A DNA stretch of 64,000 bases from Sulfurimonas sp. UBA2011 (GTDB lineage: Bacteria; Campylobacterota; Campylobacteria; Campylobacterales; Sulfurimonadaceae), in assembly GCA_002335055.1 (NCBI GenBank), contig DDCH01000004.1:215678-279677 (forward strand), written 5' to 3'. The position numbers and the translations under genes were made by a program. Below are positions 57,007-64,000 of the stretch, one piece after another; position 1 is the first letter of the stretch, and the number at the start of each line of letters is the position of its first letter. The notes under the pieces are model-generated. The model did no database searches. It saw only the letters and a list, made by a program, of their open reading frames with translations, and was not told where the DNA came from.

Positions 57007-58465
57007 TATTGCTTCTCCTGTGTATAGTAAGCTTATGTAAAAATATAATTGGTTTTTGTTTTTTTATTGTTTTGAGTATTTTTTCCTCTTCACTTAAAAC
57101 AATTTTATTGAGGGTGACAATATAGTCAGAATTGACAGTCTCAAGTGGTTCTTTTTTATTTATAGATATCCTCTGTGGAAGTTTATAGTTATCTTCTTTA
57201 GAGCGTTTTTGTTTTGATAATATGTCAACAATTTGTGCTAAATTCTCTTGTGTTTGTATGTTTTGGACGAGTTTAAGTGACTTCTTATAATACTTTTTTG
57301 CTAGAGATAGTTTGTGTAGTTTTGCATAAGCATTTGCAATATTATAATAAATCTTCGCATTAAAAATATCATCTGTGCCAAGAGAATGTACATAGTTTTT
57401 AATAGCTTTATCAAAGAGTCCAAGTTTGTACTGTGTATTTGCCGTGTTGTAGAGTACTTCCTGCGTTTGTGAGAGCTTTTTGTAGGATAGCAAGGCATTT
57501 GTATAGTCTTGGTCCTTCAATGAGCTCTTCGCATCTGCTAGGTGATAAAAATCTAAAAGAGCTGCTTCTATTTGTGTAGTAGAAGTAAGATGAATAAGAG
57601 AAGCTATGAGGTTGAGGCTTTTATGCTTGAACTCCAAACGATAAGAATAGATAAAAAGAAGTAAGAAAAGAGCTAGTAATAAGGGAAAATAAAACAACTC
57701 AACTTGATTCTTAGTTTCTCTATTTTGTTCTGTCTGTCTTACTTCTTGAAGATTTTTTAAAATAGTATTTATATCCTTAGAAGAGTAGGTGAGAGACAGA
57801 GAATCTTTTGTAAAACTAAGGAGAGTGACATTTAACTTAGACTCTTTGATGTAAAGAGACTCTTCTTTAAAATTTTCTAAACTTCCAATATCACTAAGAA
57901 TAAGAAAGTTTTTCGTTTTATACTCTTTTAACATGAGTGTTGCCCCTTCTAATGCTGCAAAAAGATTTGTCTTATCTTCAATAACCTTTGTATAGTCTAT
58001 ACTCTGCGAGATAAAAAGAACTGAGCTTTTATCTTCGCTAAGAGGGTGGGCAAGATAAGCATTATTGGCAAAGAGAAGTAGACCTACTCTTAGGTTTGTG
58101 TCTGATTTCATAAGGGTATCTATTTTTGAGAGTGCGAATGCAAGTCTACTAGGATAAAGATTATCTTTTAACATAGACTTAGAAATATCTAGTGCTATTA
58201 CAAGTGGTATACTCTTTCGTTTATGAGTAAGTGAGTTGTGATTCCAAATAGGTTGTACTAAAGAAAAAACGAATAAAATAGCAACAAGTAAAAAAAGTTT
58301 ATACTTTAAAGCACTGTTTACAATCTGTGTATTTACACTAATAATTTTTAATATAGCTGGAGAAAAAACTGAGTCTAGTGTCTGCCTTTTTGAACGAAGT
58401 GAGTAGATAAATAAGAGAAGTGGAAAAATTAATAATAAGAGAAAAAAAGGATGATTAAAATACAT
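56990..58465 (-). CDS. vWA-domain plus TPR protein (BatB/BatC-like)
   Basis: It has the N-terminus MYFNHPFFLLLLIFPLL, a vWA MIDAS-like ALDISKSM, and C-terminal TPR repeats (YYNIANAYAKLHKLSLAKKYYKKSL). Confidence 0.7.
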   Translation of the reverse strand: MYFNHPFFLLLLIFPLLLFIYSLRSKRQTLDSVFSPAILKIISVNTQIVNSALKYKLFLLVAILFVFSLVQPIWNHNSLTHKRKSIPLVIALDISKSMLKDNLYPSRLAFALSKIDTLMKSDTNLRVGLLLFANNAYLAHPLSEDKSSVLFISQSIDYTKVIEDKTNLFAALEGATLMLKEYKTKNFLILSDIGSLENFKEESLYIKESKLNVTLLSFTKDSLSLTYSSKDINTILKNLQEVRQTEQNRETKNQVELFYFPLLLALFLLLFIYSYRLEFKHKSLNLIASLIHLTSTTQIEAALLDFYHLADAKSSLKDQDYTNALLSYKKLSQTQEVLYNTANTQYKLGLFDKAIKNYVHSLGTDDIFNAKIYYNIANAYAKLHKLSLAKKYYKKSLKLVQNIQTQENLAQIVDILSKQKRSKEDNYKLPQRISINKKEPLETVNSDYIVTLNKIVLSEEEKILKTIKKQKPIIFLHKLTIHRRSNNVLQD

Positions 58466-59190
58466 TATATTTTCTCACTATTTCTAGACTTATAGGCTAT
58501 GAGCAAAGCAAAGAATAGACTTAACACAAGTGGATAAAAGTAAAAGTACTCTATAACCTTGATAGTTGAGAGCTTATGAGTACTTAATTCTAATGAACTA
58601 ATCTCTTTATACACTTCATTTAAATTTTTTTTATTATTGGCTATAAAACTTTTTGCATTAGTTTTACTAGAGATAAGTTGCAGTAAATTATTATTACTCT
58701 CACCTATAGCGATTGTATAGACTTTTATATGATGTTTTTGTAGTAGTGTAAGTACTATCTCTAGTGGAAGTTTACTTGCTGTATCATCACCATCGCTCAG
58801 AAGAATGATGAGTTTTGAAGAGCTAAGAGAATACTGAAGAAGTGAGGTAGCTGTTGCAAGTGAGTCTATAAGTGCGGTACTTCTACCAACAAGACCTATA
58901 CTAATGTTTTGTAGAGTACTTAGAGGCGAAGTATTATCATAAGAGAGAGGTGAGACTATAGCACTTGTATCTCCAAAAATCACCATGGATATTCTGTCTT
59001 TTGTGCGCTTTTTTATAAAGTCACTTGCAACATCTTGTACAACACTCCAACGAGATTGATTGTAGTCAAATTCATTAAAACCGTTTAAACTCATAGATCC
59101 ACTAGTGTCTAGACTCAGAACTATGTCTAATGAGTGTTGTGTATCATCTGGTATTTGTTTAATAAGAGTTGGACTTGCTAGAGAAATCAA
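58465..59190 (-). CDS. vWA-domain protein (BatA-like), apparently 5'-truncated
   Basis: It has the MIDAS motif LDTSGSMS. The only in-frame start is a TTG that removes the usual N-terminal TM region. The frame stays open upstream to about 59316 without a start codon. Confidence 0.55.
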   Translation of the reverse strand: MISLASPTLIKQIPDDTQHSLDIVLSLDTSGSMSLNGFNEFDYNQSRWSVVQDVASDFIKKRTKDRISMVIFGDTSAIVSPLSYDNTSPLSTLQNISIGLVGRSTALIDSLATATSLLQYSLSSSKLIILLSDGDDTASKLPLEIVLTLLQKHHIKVYTIAIGESNNNLLQLISSKTNAKSFIANNKKNLNEVYKEISSLELSTHKLSTIKVIEYFYFYPLVLSLFFALLIAYKSRNSEKI

Positions 59191-59252
59191 AAGAGTTATA
59201 AGTATAGAGTACTTTAGTATTGTATTTGGAATTGTAGTCTTACTTGTTAATG

Positions 59253-59840
59253 CTAACTTTGTAATGATATTTTGAATATAATAAGCACCACCTCGTGTTT
59301 GTGTGCTAAAGATCCTATTTCTAGCCTATGCGTATCTAATAAATCACCGACAAAAAAAAATGAGTGATCGCTTTTGCAGTATTTTATAAAAAGATCTAGT
59401 GAGGTTTTCGTAGTTGACACTTTGCCCAAGCAGGAGTGTATCGTTTATCTTCTCTAACATTTCACGAACACTAAAGATATGCTTACTCTTTTGTGTATAT
59501 TTTGATTATAGATATAACTCTCATATGAATCTTGCTGTTTAACACATGAAAAAGTAAGAAGAGCTATAGTCTCTTTTAGGACATCAAATTTTAGCTTTTG
59601 TGTTCCAAAATTTAGTGAAGTGTTTAGTATGGGTACAATGACAATATTGAGCTCTTTTTGATCTATAAAAACTTTTACATGTGCTTTATTCATCTTTGAA
59701 CTGATAATCCAGTCAATATGCTTGATATCATTACCACTTGTATACTCTCGCAACTCTATAAAGTCAGAACTAAGGCCTTTGAAAAAAGTACTGTTTTCTC
59801 CAATACTAGAGCTAAAAACATTCTTTTGAGCCTTAAACAT
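59253..59840 (-). pseudogene. DUF58-family protein, at least two frameshifts
   Basis: Frame 1 reads ...FIELREYTSGNDIKHIDW... and stops at 59454-59456. A second frame reads KSKHIFSVREMLEKINDTLLLGQSV...KRSLIFF. A third frame follows the A9 run (59352-59360) and reads GDLLDTHRLEIGSLAHKHEVVLIIF...*. Confidence 0.6.
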
Positions 59841-59852
59841 AAACCTATCAAG

Positions 59853-60329
59853 TTATGCTTCAGGAAGTGAGTATGCTCCTTCTTGTTCTATAGGGTTTTG
59901 TGTAGCAAGCACTAAAAATGGTTTATCTATCTTAAAACTTTCATCTCCGATAGTCACTTGGTTTTCTTGTATAACTTCGAGTAGAGCAGACTGAACTTTA
60001 GCAGGTGCGCGGTTAATCTCATCTGCTAAAAGGAGATTTGTAAAAACTGGACCGTGTTTGATTTTAAAATTACCACTTTTTACATCATATATCTCAGCAC
60101 CTATGATATCAGAAGGGAGTAGGTCTGGTGTAAACTGTACTCGTTTAAAGTTTAGGTTAAGTGCTTGTGAGAGTGCATTAACGGCTGTTGTTTTTGCTAA
60201 ACCTGGAACACCTTCAAGAAGTATGTGTCCATCTGTAAAAAGACCGATGAGAAGAGCATCAACCATATCACTATGGCCGATAACTTGCTTTGCTATCTCA
60301 AGTTTTAAAAGGGAGAGTTTATTTTTCAT
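59853..60329 (-). pseudogene. MoxR-type AAA+ ATPase, nonsense codon plus loss of the C-terminal half
   Basis: It has Walker A GVPGLAKT, Walker B LLADEINRA and sensor ATQNP. It then reads LPEA-TAA(59853-59855)-LDRFMFK, where MoxR proteins have LPEAQLDRF. The frame then runs straight into DUF58 sequence, so the lid domain is deleted. Confidence 0.7.
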
Positions 60330-60368
60330 ATTGTTAAGGGTATCTTATTAGTGTAAAGTTTATATAAA

Positions 60369-62039
60369 CTACTCAGTATATATAAAACGCTTTATTTTTT
60401 TAGTAGGTGTTTTAATAAATGGTTCTATCTGTTCTACAAACTTCACCATTTTAGAGTAAGAAGCTACTTGTGTATTTACATCTTGACGCATTTCCTCAAG
60501 TAAGGCATTTATCTTTACTTTAACCTCAGCATCTGGTACATTATGAGCTTCAAACATTTTATCTATAAGTTCGTAATCTAAGTGAATTTTTGCAATAAGT
60601 TTATCATCGCGCATCATCATAAGTGAATCAAGAACAGCTTCATGTTGGTTTATTGTCGCTTCTATCTGTTCAGGGAAGATATTTTCTCCACCACTACCGA
60701 TGATGACATTTTTACTACGTCCATTGATAAATATATATCCGTCCTCATCAACATACCCTAAGTCTCCTGAGTGGAACCAACCATCTTTATCTATAACTTC
60801 AGCACTCTGTTTTTCATCTTTATAATAACCCATCATAAGACTTGGTGATTTAAACAGAAGTTCACCTGAACCTGTATCATCATCAGGGTCTTTTACTTTT
60901 ACCTCAACATATGGGAAGGTTGTTCCTGTTGACTTTAACTTTACTTTACTACCTAAAACTGTTCCTGCAAGAAGAGGAGCAGTTTCTGTTAAACCATAAC
61001 CAATGATATAAGGAAATTCTGCTTCTTTTAAAAAATTCTCAACATAAGGAGATATTCCAGCACCACCAATACCAAAGAAACGCAGTCTTCCACCAAAAGT
61101 CTCTATTAGCTTCTTCCCCGCTATTTTGTTAAGTTTTTTTCTAAAGAAAGCAATACCATAGAGTGCTCTCAGAATAAATGAACCTGTAAACTTTGGTAAT
61201 ACTTTGTTTTTATATATTTTTTCAATGATAAGTGGAACACTTATCATCATAGTAGGTTTAACTATACTAAAGGCTTTTAGTAAAACACTCGGTGTTGGAA
61301 CCTTGTCAATATATACAACACTTGAACCATGAAGAATTGGTACTAAAAAACCAACGGTACATTCTAGTGTATGGGCAAGTGGCAAGATAGATAAAAAGAC
61401 ATCACTTGGTAATATTTCTATTTTAGAGTAAGTTGAGAGAGCATTTGTTGTAAGGTTCTTATGTGAAAGCATAACACCTTTAGAGTTTCCTGTAGTTCCA
61501 GAAGTATACAGAAGTGCTGCCATATCATCTTCTTTTGGTACACTTAACTCTTTAGCTGATCTAAGTTTTTGTTTGATTTTTGAGATATAACTGTGGTTAG
61601 TAAGTGATGTGACTATCTCTAAGTCATCAAGTTTGATAACAAAATGAAGTTTAGAATCATTAAGCTCTTCTATTGTAGAAAGGTGTTTATCTGAGACAAA
61701 AATTGCCTTAGCTTCTGAGTGATGAATTATGTGATGTACATCAGACATATGAAAGTCAGGTAGTATTGGGACAGCAACAGCTCCAAAATATGTAATACTG
61801 AGATAAGCAACTCCCCAGTTTGGCATATTTTCACTCAAAATAGCTACTTTATCACCTTTTTTTATACCATTAGCATGAAGCATTATAATAGTATCTTGGA
61901 TATTTTGTCGTAACTCATCATAGCTCATTGGATCTTGACCAACTTTTGCTAATGCAGGCTCATTAGGATACAGAGTAACAGAACGGTCTATAAGACTTTT
62001 TAACGTAAAGTTTTCTAAGTTATCATAAGGGTAAATCAT
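60369..62039 (-). CDS. long-chain-fatty-acid--CoA ligase (AMP-binding family)
   Basis: It has the AMP-binding motif YTSGTTGNSKGV, plus GYGLTE and GDLGYVDEDGY. Confidence 0.85.
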   Translation of the reverse strand: MIYPYDNLENFTLKSLIDRSVTLYPNEPALAKVGQDPMSYDELRQNIQDTIIMLHANGIKKGDKVAILSENMPNWGVAYLSITYFGAVAVPILPDFHMSDVHHIIHHSEAKAIFVSDKHLSTIEELNDSKLHFVIKLDDLEIVTSLTNHSYISKIKQKLRSAKELSVPKEDDMAALLYTSGTTGNSKGVMLSHKNLTTNALSTYSKIEILPSDVFLSILPLAHTLECTVGFLVPILHGSSVVYIDKVPTPSVLLKAFSIVKPTMMISVPLIIEKIYKNKVLPKFTGSFILRALYGIAFFRKKLNKIAGKKLIETFGGRLRFFGIGGAGISPYVENFLKEAEFPYIIGYGLTETAPLLAGTVLGSKVKLKSTGTTFPYVEVKVKDPDDDTGSGELLFKSPSLMMGYYKDEKQSAEVIDKDGWFHSGDLGYVDEDGYIFINGRSKNVIIGSGGENIFPEQIEATINQHEAVLDSLMMMRDDKLIAKIHLDYELIDKMFEAHNVPDAEVKVKINALLEEMRQDVNTQVASYSKMVKFVEQIEPFIKTPTKKIKRFIYTE

Positions 62040-62127
62040 AACTAATCTCTTCTTTTGGATTTATTTAGTATTATTATACATATAAATAGTGTACATATAA
62101 TAATGTTTCACAAAAAAAGGCAAATTC

Positions 62128-63909
62128 TTGAGCAGACGTCACAAAAGCAATCAACCTAAACATGATACTGTTAACTTTACACAAGCAGATTTTCTCCCAA
62201 CAACACGAGCTGATATGGATGCAAGAGGATGGGATTATTGTGATATTATCCTAGTAAGTGGCGATGCTTATATTGATTCACCTTTTATAGGTGTAGCAAT
62301 GGTCGGTCGTATGCTTGAGCGTATGGGTTACAAGGTAGGAATGATAGGACAACCTGACATTAAAAGCCCTGATGACATTAGACGTTTAGGTGAGCCGCGC
62401 CTGTACTGGGGAGTAAGTGGTGGAAGTGTTGATAGCATGGTTTCTAACTACACTGCGACAAAAAAGTTTAGAAACTCAGATGATTATACTCCAGGTGGAA
62501 AGAATACTAAACGTCCAGATAGGGCTATAAGTGTTTACTGTAATCTTATTCGTCAACACTTTAAAAATACTGTTCCTTTAGTTCTAGGTGGAATTGAAGC
62601 GAGTTTAAGACGAGTAACACACTATGACTACTGGTCAGATAAACTAAAAAAACCAATCCTTTTTGATGCAAAAGCAGATGTTCTTATTTATGGAATGGGT
62701 GAGACTGCTATAGAAGAGTTAACACGCGCTATGGATGAAAAACGCGACTATAGAGAGGTAAAAGGAATTTGTTATATTTCTAAAGAACCTGTAGAAAGAT
62801 TTCATCAAATGCCTTCACACCAAGACTGTTTAGATGATAAAGAGAAGTATATAGACCTCTTTGACCTTTTTTATGATAACAATGACCCTATCGCTGCAAA
62901 TGGTTTATGTCAAGCAGTAGATAAACGCTACCTTATCCAAAATCCACCTTGTAATCACCTCAATGAAAAAGAGATGGATGCAAACTCTAACCTTCCTTTT
63001 ACAAGAGAGTTACACCCTCACTATGCAAAAGAAGGAAAGGTCAAATGTTTAGAAACTATTAAGTTCTCTATCATGACACACCACGGTTGTTGGGGAGAGT
63101 GTAACTTCTGTGCTATTGGTGTGCATCAAGGGCGTAGTATTCGTACTCGTAGTGAAGAGAACATACTTGCAGAAGCAAATGACTTTAACAAGTATAAAGA
63201 CTATAAGGGAATTATCTCTGATGTAGGTGGACCAACTGCAAATATGTACGGTTATGAGTGTAATAAAAAAGAAAAACTCGGTACATGTGATCATCAGCGT
63301 TGTGTAGATGCTTCTCATCTTTGTCAGTCTATGAAACCAGACCACTCTCGCAATATTAACCTTCTAAGACAGATTCGTGAAGTACCAGGAGTACGTAAAG
63401 CCTTTGTAGCATCTGGTGTTCGTTATGATCTTATCACGGCTGACAAAGAGCATGGGTACTCTTACTTAAAAGAGATGGTCAAACACCATATATCTGGACA
63501 GATGAAAGTAGCACCTGAGCATACACAGCAGCATGTTCTAGAACTTATGGGTAAACCTGGTAAACAGACACTTATAGACTTTAAAAAGTTATACGATAAG
63601 CTAAACGCAGAAGAGGGTAAAAAACAATTTTTAACTTACTACCTTATAGCCGCACACCCTGGTTGTGAAGAAAAAGACATGCATGAGTTAAAACGCTTTA
63701 CTACAGAAGAGTTACAGATGAACCCTGAACAGGCTCAGGTCTTCACTCCAACACCTGGAACTTACTCTGCTGTTATGTACTATACAGAAATGGACCCTAA
63801 GACTAGAAAGAAAATCTTTGTTGAAAAAGACACTAAACGCAAAGAAAAACAAAAAAATATCGTTGTAAATAAAGAACACTTCTCTTCTGCAAGTGGATTT
63901 GCTTCTTAA
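62128..63909 (+). CDS. YgiQ-family radical SAM protein (UPF0313)
   Basis: It has a TTG start, the cluster motif CWGECNFC, an N-terminal YgiQ-type domain (DIILVSGDAYIDSPF) and a basic C-terminal tail. Confidence 0.85.
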   Translation: MSRRHKSNQPKHDTVNFTQADFLPTTRADMDARGWDYCDIILVSGDAYIDSPFIGVAMVGRMLERMGYKVGMIGQPDIKSPDDIRRLGEPRLYWGVSGGSVDSMVSNYTATKKFRNSDDYTPGGKNTKRPDRAISVYCNLIRQHFKNTVPLVLGGIEASLRRVTHYDYWSDKLKKPILFDAKADVLIYGMGETAIEELTRAMDEKRDYREVKGICYISKEPVERFHQMPSHQDCLDDKEKYIDLFDLFYDNNDPIAANGLCQAVDKRYLIQNPPCNHLNEKEMDANSNLPFTRELHPHYAKEGKVKCLETIKFSIMTHHGCWGECNFCAIGVHQGRSIRTRSEENILAEANDFNKYKDYKGIISDVGGPTANMYGYECNKKEKLGTCDHQRCVDASHLCQSMKPDHSRNINLLRQIREVPGVRKAFVASGVRYDLITADKEHGYSYLKEMVKHHISGQMKVAPEHTQQHVLELMGKPGKQTLIDFKKLYDKLNAEEGKKQFLTYYLIAAHPGCEEKDMHELKRFTTEELQMNPEQAQVFTPTPGTYSAVMYYTEMDPKTRKKIFVEKDTKRKEKQKNIVVNKEHFSSASGFAS

Positions 63910-64000
63910 GTTTTAAAGTACTCTAACTTAGTATTGAGTTCTTGTGCTGAGCCATTTAGTTGATTCGCTATTTGTGCAAGTTCTTGCATACTTGTATTAT
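63906..64000 (-). CDS. C-terminal end of a methyl-accepting chemotaxis protein (rest outside the window)
   Basis: The minus strand reads ...NTSMQELAQIANQLNGSAQELNTKLEYFKT*, a typical MCP signalling-domain tail. Its stop overlaps the ygiQ stop. Confidence 0.45.
   Translation of the reverse strand, partial: NTSMQELAQIANQLNGSAQELNTKLEYFKT

Overview
This is a 64-kb, AT-rich chromosomal segment (about one-third G+C by eye). Gene content and synteny fit a chemolithoautotrophic Campylobacterota, Sulfurimonas/Sulfurovum-like; the taxon is an inference. I count about 70 protein genes and 2 tRNAs. I found no rRNA, CRISPR array, transposase, integrase, prophage or recognisable defence genes. Housekeeping blocks (tig, gltB, accD-thiE-rlmH-dksA-dus, uvrA, ppaC, recO, fliN) alternate with accessory and metabolic blocks.

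The main locus is 8.1-22.6 kb. Two diverged, oppositely oriented five-subunit 2-oxoacid:ferredoxin oxidoreductase operons (the subunit set I recall for Hydrogenobacter For/Por enzymes) bracket a DAB-type inorganic-carbon pump operon. That operon reads dabB, an extra half-antiporter-like membrane gene, dabA, then a small CxC...CxxH protein; a second, separately promoted paralogue of the small protein follows. The two oxidoreductase operons each carry a delta-ferredoxin gene. The two genes encode the identical 74-aa protein but differ at 16 nucleotide positions, all synonymous. They also form 225-bp inverted repeats around 10.5 kb.

Other points of interest:
- A COG0523 GTPase-ribBA-apbE block lies convergent with a porin / FMN-binding protein / two paralogous His-bearing membrane protein operon.
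- A sorAB-like sulfite dehydrogenase has a single in-frame TGA.
- gltB is an orphan next to a roughly 120-nt gltD remnant.
- A MoxR-DUF58-vWA (Bat-like) operon is decaying.
- At least eight lesions of different kinds (nonsense codons, frameshifts, deletions) occur in the window, which suggests ongoing genome erosion or, less likely, sequence errors.

All calls come from reading the translations and the DNA by eye. No database search was run.
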